Positions 1 to 8,749 of a DNA stretch of 64,000 nucleotides are shown one piece after another (positions within the stretch are counted from its first letter, which is position 1; every line of letters begins with the position of its first letter). Below the pieces are notes generated by a model. That model worked only from the letters and a program-made list of their open reading frames with translations, was not told the origin of the DNA and did no database searches. The stretch comes from a virus. Both the position numbers and the translations under genes were made by a program. The stretch is from positions 1 to 64,000 of the IMG/VR virus record IMGVR_UViG_3300003155_000005, one strand, 5' to 3'.

Positions 1-525
1 GTCCATTATTATTTTTGTGGCTTGTTCGTCGTCGATATTGTCCGCCTTTTCGATTTTCCACGAATAGGCGAAACGCTCGTCGTAGTCGTCTGTATAGGCT
101 TTCGCCGTTTGGTCGTATTTATGCACTTTGACCGTTTTAGTATCCGCAACCGTTAGGAATTTCCCCGCGCAAAGTTGGTCAATAATTGTATTTTTGACCC
201 CTGCGCGGTGGATTTTGGTATTTACCATATCGGTAAATGCTAATTTTCCCTGTTTTCGCTTTTCTACCGTCGTCCCCTCCTCATCAATTCGCGCAATTTG
301 TGTTAAGTACATAGAACGCGCGAAAGGTGCGGCGGGGTCGGTAAAATCCACCATAAACAACCGTTGTTTTATTTCCGTCCCATATTGGCTAACGGTCGCA
401 ATCCAGATAGGTTTTTTGGTGATATAAAGCCGTGCGCCTTTTTCTAATGTAGGAACCGAAACAATATCATTTTGCATAAATCTAACCGTTTCACCCGTTC
501 GCGGGTCTACCATTAAATGTATCAT
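1..525 (-). CDS. hypothetical protein, N-terminal part (gene runs off the window start)
   Basis: Minus-strand ORF from ATG at 523-525 (MIHLMVDPRTGETVRFMQND...) stays open to position 1. It is absent from the track because it is truncated. The + ORF 128..427 is its antisense shadow. Composition is ~45% GC and CG-rich, unlike the rest of the window. Confidence 0.6.
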   Translation of the reverse strand, partial: MIHLMVDPRTGETVRFMQNDIVSVPTLEKGARLYITKKPIWIATVSQYGTEIKQRLFMVDFTDPAAPFARSMYLTQIARIDEEGTTVEKRKQGKLAFTDMVNTKIHRAGVKNTIIDQLCAGKFLTVADTKTVKVHKYDQTAKAYTDDYDERFAYSWKIEKADNIDDEQATKIIMD

Positions 526-543
526 TGTCGTAAAATTTAGGGG

Positions 544-714
544 TTATTTAATGAGGTTAAGGGCTTTTGCTTGCTCCTTTGTAAATTTGTAGGTTGGCAG
601 TGTTTCAGTGTCATAGTCGAAGCAATTAGCCTCTATTTCCTGCCAATTCTGCAAATTGATAATCCCATTTTCGACAATCTTAATTTTACTGTCGGTTGCA
701 ATAATAGTTACCAT
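544..714 (-). CDS. small hypothetical protein (56 aa)
   Basis: Minus-strand ATG at 712-714 and TAA at 544-546 (MVTIIATDSKIKIVENGIINLQNWQEIE...ALNLIK). Same higher-GC composition as 1..525. Confidence 0.5.
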   Translation of the reverse strand: MVTIIATDSKIKIVENGIINLQNWQEIEANCFDYDTETLPTYKFTKEQAKALNLIK

Positions 715-1015
715 AATGTAAAGTGATTAAAAGGTTTGTAAAAAATTTTATTAAAGGCTCAAACATTTCAAAGACCGTGCGCGGCTATCGTTGTTCCCTA
801 ACCGCATTACAAAGATAGCGAAAAAAGATAAAACGCCAAAAAAATCCCGAAAAAATCGCATATTTCGCATAAATGTTTAATAATTGAACCCCCACCCCGC
901 CGATTATTTCCATTTGTTAAAAAATTGAACCAAAAAAATTAAATGATTTTCCAAACGAAACGGGAGGGGGCGAAAAAAGCTAACTGTCCTCTCGTTCACA
1001 ATACCTACACAATTT

Positions 1016-1047
1016 CTTGTATTTTCCCAAAAAATTTTCTAACTTTG
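1016..1047 (+). promoter_or_regulatory. candidate Bacteroidota-type promoter (-7 box TAACTTTG 1040..1047)
   Basis: Matches TAnnTTTG 18 nt upstream of ATG 1065. The -33 element is only CTTG, so this one is weaker than the others. Confidence 0.35.
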
Positions 1048-1064
1048 CAAAAACATAAAACACT

Positions 1065-1469
1065 ATGATAAAACAAATCATTTTTCAAAATTTAGGGGGG
1101 GGGATTATTTTAAGATTTAATACAGATGCAGGAAAATTATTAGAAGAATCTTCTTATAATGGAAATCGTTTTCTTCCCGATAAAAAATTAAAGTCTATAT
1201 ATCTTTATGGAGATAAAAATTTAACAATAAATGATTTTGAACCTACTAAAAATTTGTTAGAAATTAAGTTTCCAATAGAAGATTTATCTTTAATATTTGA
1301 TAAGTTATCAACAGATATATACGGAAATGAGATTGAAATAGGATGTACATATGAAGATGATTCTGAACCACTCACCTATATTAATGTCACTCCAAATATT
1401 ATCGAAAATATGGAAGATTATGTAATATACATATCACCTGGTACTTGATATTATATAAATATAACTTAG
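1065..1469 (+). CDS. poly-G family paralog A (small protein, N-terminal QNLGGGIILR motif), G tract in frame
   Basis: ATG 1065. G9 at 1095..1103 encodes GGG in frame. Shares the LEIKFP motif with the other paralogs. The track ORF stops at TGA 1446-1448; under code 4 it runs to TAG 1467-1469. Confidence 0.6.
1095..1103 (+). repeat. G9 homopolymer inside paralog A (in frame)
   Basis: tta ggg ggg ggg att, counted directly. Such a tract is very unusual in ~30% GC DNA. Confidence 0.9.
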
Positions 1470-1471
1470 TA

Positions 1472-2923
1472 ATGCAAGCAAACAAGTATTTTCAAGTAAA
1501 AGAATTAGTATCATCAAATATCTACAAAGAATATGGAGATGATGCTATAAAATTTTTAGATCCAAAAGCACTTAAAGCTTTAGAGAACGTTAGAGAGATT
1601 TTAGGAGTTCCTCTGATTTGTAATAACTGAGCAGCAGGTGGATCTAGAAATTATAGTGGTTATAGAGAGCCAGGATGTGGAGTTGGAGTTAAAAATAGTT
1701 ACCATTGTATAGATATAAATACTGAAATACTTACAAACCATGGTTGAAAAACTTATAATACAATAGATATCCAAAATGACAAAGTATATAGTTATAATAT
1801 AGATAAGAATGGAATAGAAATAGTGCCAATTCAACAATATTTCTTTCAAAAATATGACGGAGAAATAATTCAAATACAAAATAAGTTAATTGATATTTTT
1901 GTAACAGATCAGCATAGACTTTTAACTAAGGCGAAGAATAATTATAAAGACCGTGAGTTTTATAGATTTGAACTAGCAAAAGATTCATTTGGCAAACGTA
2001 GAGAAATAATGAATGCTGCTAATAACTTAAGTGTTAGTGAAGATTTTGATTTAAATATTTGGCGATTAGCAATGGCAGTTATTGCTGATGGTTCAATTTC
2101 TAAAAAAAATATTAGAAAATATAATAATTTTGTATTTAAGTTGGTTAAAGAAAGAGATATTAATGAATTGGAAAACATTCTATATAATCTTAATCTATCT
2201 TATAGTAAAACTAAAGTTATTAGTTATTATTTATCAAATGGCGATCCTTATTATTGTTGGCAATATATACTTCCAGTAACGAAAGTCACAAAGTCGGTTT
2301 TAGATATAATTGGAAAGAATAAGAAAATACCTAATACTGTATTAGAACTTCCCTCTTATATATTGAAGGAATTATTAATTACATATGCTAAATTTGATGG
2401 AACAATTGATAAACGAACTAATTGTAACTGCATGACCATATACTCTACAGACGAACATAATATCGATATGCTGCAAAAAATGAGTATACTTGCAGGAATG
2501 CGATGTATTAAAAGATCGTTTACAAATCAGAAAGTAATATGTAATAATATTGAAACTACAATTCGTGAAATACATCATTTATATATCCACTTAAATAGGT
2601 CTGAAACTAGAATTAACGAAAAGGATTGATCTAAAAAACAATTTTCTGGATATGTTTGATGTGTTAGTAACCGTAATGAGACTATTATAACTCGAAGAAA
2701 TGGCAAAATCGCAATTATTGGAAATTGCAAAGGACAAGCTTTTGATTTAATATCAAGTAAAATGACAGCTAAAGAGATGAGAGATAAGTTAGAACAAAAT
2801 CAAGATAAACTTATCTATCCAATTCGTGTTGAGAAATGAGAGGGTAACAAAGAAATAGGTTGACTTCATATCGATATTTCTCCTAATACACATGGACAAA
2901 AATTATATTTTTTTAAAGCATAA
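1472..2923 (+). CDS. M15-family zinc peptidase (endolysin-like L-Ala-D-Glu / D-Ala-D-Ala peptidase fold) interrupted by an intein
   Basis: Single frame joins track ORFs 1445..1630 and 1823..2629 through in-frame TGAs and ends at TAA 2921-2923. Spliced exteins give ...NSYH|CKGQAFD..., restoring the S-x-H-x-x-G-x-A-x-D zinc motif. A later GWLHID histidine is also present. ATG 1472 is preferred over TTG 1445. Confidence 0.75.
1706..2725 (+). mobile_element. intein with LAGLIDADG homing endonuclease domain (340 aa)
   Basis: Starts with Cys1 (CIDINTEILT). Block B is VTDQHRLL. LAGLIDADG motifs are LAMAVIADGSI and LLITYAKFDGTI. Ends ...AIIGN followed by +1 Cys. Contains in-frame TGA codons. Confidence 0.75.
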
Positions 2924-2930
2924 AACAATT

Positions 2931-3347
2931 ATGACACAATCATTTATATCACAAAACTTAGCGGGGGGGGGCGTAAAAATTTATAGATTAATAACAGAGC
3001 CTGTCACATTTACTATAAAAGACAATGCCCAAAAACTACATCTTCCTATGGAATTAAAATCAACAGATTCTTTACTTATGGAGTATACTATAGGTAAGGT
3101 GAGTTTAAATAATGTGAATGGCCTTACTTGTTATACAACACAAAGAAATACAGCAATTTTGCCATTACAGGGCGTAGATGTACTGAAGAATATGGGGAAA
3201 CTAATAATTCCTATGTTTAGTGGTACTGAGAAAAAATTTATAGGAATACAGTACTATCCTCATGATTTTGATTTTGTCTTTATGCAATACGGTTCAGACT
3301 CAACTGGCATTCCATTTATTATACATGAATTATATCTTCTTAGATAA
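2931..3347 (+). CDS. poly-G family paralog C (MTQSFISQNLAGGGVKIYRL...), G tract in frame
   Basis: ATG 2931 lies just after the stop of the peptidase gene. G9 at 2963..2971 is in frame. Ends at TAA 3345-3347. Confidence 0.6.
   Translation: MTQSFISQNLAGGGVKIYRLITEPVTFTIKDNAQKLHLPMELKSTDSLLMEYTIGKVSLNNVNGLTCYTTQRNTAILPLQGVDVLKNMGKLIIPMFSGTEKKFIGIQYYPHDFDFVFMQYGSDSTGIPFIIHELYLLR
2963..2971 (+). repeat. G9 homopolymer inside paralog C (in frame)
   Basis: gcG GGG GGG GGc, counted directly. Confidence 0.9.
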
Positions 3348-3387
3348 CAAAACTTTAAACAATTTTTTAAAAATGATTTCTCTCTTT

Positions 3388-3721
3388 ATGGCACAAAACA
3401 TCACTAATAGGGGGGGGGTTATTTATTCGTAAGACAGTAAATACCTTTAGTACCTCCACAGTAATTGCACAGAATGGATATTTTTATAAAAATAATTCAT
3501 TTGAGGGTTTTAAATTTAACACATCCCGTTTAAATAATGGAGATAGTTTTATAATTTACCAATCAGAGGATAATGGAGGTCCTTATACATTTACTGACCC
3601 AATTGCTTCAAATACTATTATACAAAGTGGTGCAACTGAAAAGCGCAATATCGAAATTAGTTATATATTTAAATGAGATGATGAATTAAATAAATTAACA
3701 TTTATTATGCAGAACGAGTAG
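3388..3721 (+). pseudogene. poly-G family paralog D, reading frame broken at the G tract (phase-OFF state or homopolymer miscall)
   Basis: ATG 3388 reads MAQNITNRGGVIYS then stops at 3430. Removing one G (G9 to G8) opens a 110-codon frame to TAG 3719-3721 (MAQNITNRGGLFIRKTVNTF...KWDDELNKLTFIMQNE) with the family motif GG-hydrophobic-I-R. Confidence 0.5.
3410..3418 (+). repeat. G9 homopolymer in paralog D (out of frame by +1)
   Basis: Counted directly. The downstream ORF is in the frame reached by deleting 1 G or adding 2 G. Confidence 0.9.
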
Positions 3722-3755
3722 ATATACTATTATATTTTTGAAGTAATTGTCTTTT

Positions 3756-3795
3756 AAAACCGCTCTTTTATTAGGAGCGGTTTTATTTTGTTTTT
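3756..3795 (+). terminator. rho-independent terminator
   Basis: Perfect 10-bp stem AAAACCGCTC / GAGCGGTTTT followed by a T-rich run. Confidence 0.65.
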
Positions 3796-3817
3796 ACTAA
3801 AACAATAATTATATTTG
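3787..3817 (+). promoter_or_regulatory. Bacteroidota-type promoter (-33 TTTG 3787..3790, -7 TATATTTG 3810..3817)
   Basis: Both boxes present with a 19-nt spacer, 22 nt upstream of ATG 3839. The sequence TTATATTTG-N-A-N-N-GA-N-CAAATA recurs at 9109 and 37396. Confidence 0.55.
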
Positions 3818-3838
3818 TAGTGATCAAATAATGTAATT

Positions 3839-6097
3839 ATGAAAACATGGTATAGGAAAATTTCAAGAGGGCCAGATGAGCTTCAAGGTTATTTACCCAG
3901 ATTCAACACTGAAGAAAGGGAAGAACCAAGGCCTCAAACTGTTGCCTCCCCTATAATTGATAGTATTGAAACTTCAGAAGAAGAACCTAGAGCCGAGAAA
4001 GAATCAAAACCTACATATACAACTAGTGCAGATACTACTTCATCTTCATTTAAAAGTAAGAATGAATTTAAGGCTACTATGTTACCTATTTATGAGAGAA
4101 TCCTTTCTCAAATGGGTTTAAATACAGCCTATGCCAAAGCACTAGTTGCACAAGATGGACTTGAATCTGCCTGAGGAACTAAGCCTTCTGGTAAATTTAA
4201 TTTTGGAGGTATTAAAGGAAAAGGCTCTGTAAAAAGAACAAGAGAAGTTATTAATGGGAAAGATGTTTATATTAATGATAGTTTTAGAGATTTTGATTCT
4301 TTAGAAGACTATGCAAAATATAAAATTTCTCTACTTAATAATAATAGATATAAAGCTTTTACTGGAGATATATCTGGATTTGCAGATAGGGTTTTTAGAG
4401 GAGGATATGCAACTGATCCAAATTATGCAGAAACATTAAAAAGAGTAATAGCTTCTGCAAAACACGGAGGTATACTCAAATTTCAAGCAGGAGGAACTGG
4501 AGAAATTAGACCAGATAATAGATCTTGACTTAGAAGAAAGTGAGATAATGTTATTACTGCATATAATTCAAGTAGTTGGGCAAATTCTGCTCCCGCTAGT
4601 GTTATAGCAGGATTTACTCCTTATGGTTTATTTCATTATTCTGCATCAGGAGATGAAGATTCAGCTAGATTAGCTGTATTACCTGGTGCTGTGGGAACAA
4701 AAGAAGTTGCTAAAAATGCGGTAAAAGCTGCAGAAGAAGGTGTAAACTTAGTTTATAGGCATTATGGGAATGATATTTCTAAATACTTTCAAGGTGCTTT
4801 AAAATGGTTACGGAATGCTCGTAAAGGTAGTATTCCAGCTGCCGAAAGATTAGAAGTACCTAAACAAATTTCTAAAATTAGATTAGGAAATCCAAAACAT
4901 GACTATGCATTCTTTAAAGATGCAAAGACTGGAGAAACAATTTTAGAAATAAGTCAAACTGCACAAAATCCTTTACGTTCGGGAGAGAAGGCTGCATCAA
5001 AGCAGCTTCTTCAAGAATTAGTTGGAACTAAAGATGATTTTGGATTAAGAGGATTATCTTATACAGAGAAGGAATTATTTCCAAAGAAATTCTTATCTGC
5101 AATGACTCAGGAAAATAGTGCTAAAGATATCTATTCCAAAATTATGAGTTACAAAGCAGAAGCTGGAATTAGATCCTCTTTTACAGAATTAACTGAAGCA
5201 GAAGCTAGAAAAATCTTTGATATAGGTTGGGATGCTAATATGTTTTATCCAACTACAAGCTCTAATGCTTTACAAACTAAAGAAACCTTCTGGAAAGAGA
5301 ATAAGGATATCATTTTGAAACTATTTAGAAGAGTCCCTGCGATACTTGGAGCAGGTGTTCTTGGAAATGAGGTAGTATCAGAACGTAATAGAGGAATTAT
5401 TAAAGCTCAAGATGGTGCAGATACTCGAAAATGAGTTGATAATTGGCTTTCACAGAGGAAGGATAAACTTAAAAATAATTCTGTTTATTCAGGATGATTG
5501 GCAATACCTGGATTAATAGAAAATCCTTATTTTAGACAATCTGCATCTATGAGTAAATACTCTTTTAAAAGAGGAAAACTCCCAGGTAAAATTACAGGAC
5601 AGACTAATCATAAAGAGAAAACTATAACTACTTCTGATGATAGTAAGAGTACAGAAGTTCATGAATGGACCCATGCAGCCAGACCTTATGAACAAATAGC
5701 TAAGGTTAAAGAAATTATTGATAGATGAGGATTAAAGCCTGGTGTAATACGAGATGATTATTGGGATGATCCTGCAGAAATTTATTCCAGAGTAATGGAA
5801 TTTAGATATAACAATAACTTAGATCCAAATCATGACTATACTTTAGAAGAGGTACAAGAACTTAGAAATAAGAACCATACAGGCGATTATTTAATTAGAA
5901 CAGAGAATCAGTTCTATAAAAGTAATATAAACAATCCAACTATTCCTAAGAAAATTGAACCCATAGAAAAAGCTATAGATATGAATCTTTATAAAGGGCC
6001 TGAAGAACTTTTCGAAAGGCTTGATGATTCTACTATACAGAGATTACTAAATGATGTAGCATGAGTTCCTAAAAAGAACTCTACGTTACATACCTAG
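3839..6097 (+). CDS. large multidomain cell-wall hydrolase: GH73 N-acetylglucosaminidase domain plus a downstream HExxH motif region (752 aa)
   Basis: Track ORFs 3839, 4691, 5498 and 5795 are all in one frame, joined by in-frame TGAs. Ends at TAG 6095-6097. The GH73-like stretch is LVAQDGLESA-W(TGA)-GTKPSGKFNFGGIKG...YATDPNYAETLKRVI. A HEWTH motif lies near 5660. Confidence 0.8.
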
Positions 6098-6126
6098 TTT
6101 AAAATAATTTATAAATATATACATTT

Positions 6127-6375
6127 ATGTTTGCATTAAGAAAAATTACAAATGACGGTTTAGAAATGAATTTTAGTTTAGGAGACTCTTATACTTTAGT
6201 TACAAAAGATCGTTCTCCGAAAGAATTTGAAGATAAAATGAAAGACCATCCTTTTTATGATAAAGCCTATGCTTTTATTTATTGTAAGGATGAGATATTA
6301 CCGTTATATAAAACTCAGAAAAATTATATTGTTTCTGAAAACGGAACAACTTATAGTAACTTAACATATAAATAA
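6127..6375 (+). CDS. hypothetical protein (82 aa)
   Basis: Complete ATG..TAA ORF, tightly packed with neighbouring genes. Confidence 0.5.
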   Translation: MFALRKITNDGLEMNFSLGDSYTLVTKDRSPKEFEDKMKDHPFYDKAYAFIYCKDEILPLYKTQKNYIVSENGTTYSNLTYK

Positions 6376-6376
6376 T

Positions 6377-6562
6377 ATGAAACTTTCTCTTAAACACAAA
6401 TTAATCATTGCTGCAATTATACTTGGTGTATTAATTGGAGGCATTGGTATTTTCCAAGCTTTAGGCTTCTGGAAAACACTATTAATGGCCATATCATTTA
6501 TTGGCGGAGTAGCTACTGGATGGTATGCAAAATTTATTAAAGATAAATATTTTAATATATAA
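6377..6562 (+). CDS. small membrane protein, two predicted TM helices (holin-like by size and topology only)
   Basis: MKLSLKHKLIIAAIILGVLIGGIGIFQALGFWKTLLMAISFIGGVATGWYAKFIKDKYFNI has two hydrophobic segments and a charged C-terminus. Confidence 0.5.
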   Translation: MKLSLKHKLIIAAIILGVLIGGIGIFQALGFWKTLLMAISFIGGVATGWYAKFIKDKYFNI

Positions 6563-6567
6563 TCAAA

Positions 6568-6890
6568 ATGGCAAATTATAGATTTCTTAATGGGGGGGAG
6601 TTGTTATAAGACTCCTTAATATTTCCAATCCTTATACAAGATTGGAAGTTCAAGATTTAATAAGTGGTGACACAATAATAGATCAGACATTTACTAAAAC
6701 ACAAGAAAAATTAGAAATTAAGGTGCCAATAACAGAGATGCAATATGACACGGAACATTTTCGTAATTATGCTCTAGGAATATGACTATATGACGGGTCT
6801 ATTAAAAACTATGAAATTGATGAATATGTAATGGAAGATATCCCTAAAAATGGGGATAGTACTTGACATTATTACACAATTGATGAATAA
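6568..6890 (+). pseudogene. poly-G family paralog H, frame broken at the G tract
   Basis: ATG 6568 reads MANYRFLNGGELL then stops at 6607. Adding one G (G7 to G8) gives MANYRFLNGGGVVIRLLNISNPYTRLEVQD...LEIKVPITEM...WHYYTIDE, ending at TAA 6888-6890. Confidence 0.5.
6592..6598 (+). repeat. G7 homopolymer in paralog H (out of frame by -1)
   Basis: Counted directly. Confidence 0.9.
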
Positions 6891-6908
6891 AATAAATAAA
6901 GTAAATAA

Positions 6909-7311
6909 ATGGCAGAAATTATATCTAAACAGGGGGGGGCTACTAATTAGAATTGATGTAAAACAACTACTGGCCCGAATAAATAACATATCAACTTTTT
7001 CTGATATTAAATGAATCAGCATTTTATCAGGAACTACAAATTCCTTTACACAAGAATTTGATTCTGCAATGACATCAGGAATAATTGAAATAAAAATACC
7101 TAGAACAGAGTTGTTAGAAGATAACTTTATAGATCCTGATGGAATTGAAATTGAATTAGGGGCAGGTTCAAGTAAATTATCACCTGAAGAAATAGATGGA
7201 TACTATATTTATTGTTATTATACAATAACAAACGATTCTAATACAAAATATAGTTCTTTTGTAGTGCCAGTTCCAAATGGAGCATGAGCACTAGCAATAC
7301 CTCAGTATTAA
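6909..7311 (+). pseudogene. poly-G family paralog I, frame broken at the G tract
   Basis: ATG 6909 reads MAEIISKQGGATN then stops at 6948. Deleting one G (G8 to G7) gives MAEIISKQGGLLIRIDVKQLL..., continuous with track ORF 7069..7287 (IEIKIPRTEL) and on through a TGA to TAA 7309-7311. Confidence 0.5.
6932..6939 (+). repeat. G8 homopolymer in paralog I (out of frame by +1)
   Basis: Counted directly. Confidence 0.9.
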
Positions 7312-7312
7312 T

Positions 7313-7702
7313 ATGAAATGATATATTAAACTGTTAAGATGGATCTGGGAGTTCCCGCAGTGTCTCCTAGGTCTTATCTTAACTAAATGTTATAATGTCG
7401 AACGTAAAGAGACATTTAAAGAAATTCCGATTTATGCAGGAGATTTTCCTGGAGGTATTTCATTAGGATTATACATCTTAATGGGGGAATCCAGCTGGAA
7501 ATATAATAGAAATTATATTAAACAACATGAATGGGGACATACTAGACAATCTCTATATTTAGGTCCTCTTTATTTACTAATTATTGGACTTCCAAGTATT
7601 ATTTGGGCTATGATTCATACTCCAAATTCTAAGAAATCATATTATTTTTTCTACACAGAGAGATGAGCGGATAAACTTGGAGGTATACCTAAAAGATATT
7701 AA
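7313..7702 (+). CDS. membrane protein with HEWGH (HExxH) motif
   Basis: ATG 7313, second codon region contains TGA (MKW...). Same frame as track ORF 7481..7666, continuing through a TGA to TAA 7700-7702. Has hydrophobic segments and QHEWGHTRQS. Confidence 0.55.
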
Positions 7703-7873
7703 TATATGGGAAACCTTTTATATCGCAAATATTACATTAGCAACAGGAGGATTTACCTATGAAAATGGTATATTAACTCCTGCAGAAGCAAAAACTATTT
7801 ATAATCTTAATGTACCATCAAATGTATTAGTATCTGCTAACGGACTATTATGAATTAAACTAAATAATACTAA

Positions 7874-8260
7874 AACTGCCGCTCAGATTGTCATCTCTAT
7901 AATGCTACTTCTGATGAATTTGTAGATTGATCTGAGGTTAAATCTAATCTATGAGGTGGAGGCATTAAAAACGCTCCTTATTTAACCTTAAGTACTCCTG
8001 ATCGAGATATTAACACCGCTTTTACAATGATAACAGCTGATAATCAATCATTAATGTTTTTTATAGATCCAGCAGTATATACACAAATAAATTCAACTAC
8101 AGCTGTAACATTTATAGATAAAACTCAAGGATATAGACTACAATGTAACTTAGATGGTTCTTATTGAATTCCTGAATTAAAAACTAATGGAGTGTTTTTA
8201 GGTTTTAATTCTGGAAATAGTTTAGTAGAAATGCCGTTTAGAGGATTATATAAAATATAA
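7874..8260 (+). CDS. divergent member of the poly-G family with the Gly triplet encoded by non-repetitive codons (start codon unresolved)
   Basis: Open frame from 7874 to TAA 8258-8260. Contains ...SNL-W(TGA)-GGGIKNAPYL, with GGG written ggt gga ggc at 7955..7963. There is no in-frame ATG near the expected start. The upstream frame 7704..7925 (ANITLATGGFTYENG...) looks like another decayed copy. Confidence 0.35.
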
Positions 8261-8263
8261 ATA

Positions 8264-8301
8264 AAAAGGGAACCCTATTAAGGTTCCCTTTTCTATTTTT
8301 T
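8264..8301. terminator. bidirectional rho-independent terminator between convergent gene sets
   Basis: 11-bp stem AAAAGGGAACC / GGTTCCCTTTT flanked by A-rich and T-rich runs. + genes end at 8260 and minus genes end at 8373. Confidence 0.65.
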
Positions 8302-8372
8302 AGTCCACAGGAGCTACATTAAATAATAGATGTATATATGCTCTACATTTTGAAAGATAAATTGTTTTATCT

Positions 8373-8516
8373 TTATTCTTTATAATATTTTGCACTAATT
8401 AAAAAACATATTAGGCTTATTAAGACATATAATGGAGTTCCTGTAGATAATGTACTAAGGAAGAATAATCCCATAAATAACAAACCTAATACGTATCATA
8501 TCTTATATGTTTTCAT
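8373..8516 (-). CDS. small membrane protein (47 aa)
   Basis: Minus-strand MKTYKI-W(TGA)-YVLGLLFMGLFFLSTLSTGTPLYVLISLICFLISAKYYKE. Its ATG overlaps the stop of the upstream gene (TAATG). Confidence 0.45.
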
Positions 8517-8737
8517 TATTTATTTATGTTTTTATGCCAGATTCCTGTAATACTATCTATTCCTAATAAAGATGTGCTGCATATGAATAATAATTCTACA
8601 ACTTCTGGAGCTGGAATTACCATAATAGTGCAATAAATACAAATAAATAGACAAACTAGTCATCCAAAAAATCCACATACTCTTTTACTGCTTAGTCCTG
8701 AGTGTGCAGTAAACATCTTTAGGAAGAACTCTTTCAT
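8516..8737 (-). CDS. small membrane protein (73 aa), holin-like
   Basis: Minus-strand MKEFFLKMFTAHSGLSSKRVCGFFG-W(TGA)-LVCLFICIYCTIMVIPAPEVVELLFICSTSLLGIDSITGIWHKNINK. The call rests on two or three hydrophobic segments only. Confidence 0.5.
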
Positions 8738-8749
8738 TACTATTTGTTT

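Noticed and set aside
128-427. + strand ORF of 99 aa from the track
   Set aside because: It lies antisense to a longer, better-looking minus-strand ORF (1..525), and its Cys/Phe/Val-rich translation looks like a shadow frame.
715-1064. A-tract series and C5/G5 runs as a replication origin or packaging site
   Set aside because: The A6-A7 tracts are not evenly phased, and the C-rich/G-rich pairing is weak (5+3 bp over a ~70-nt loop). There is not enough evidence to call a functional element.
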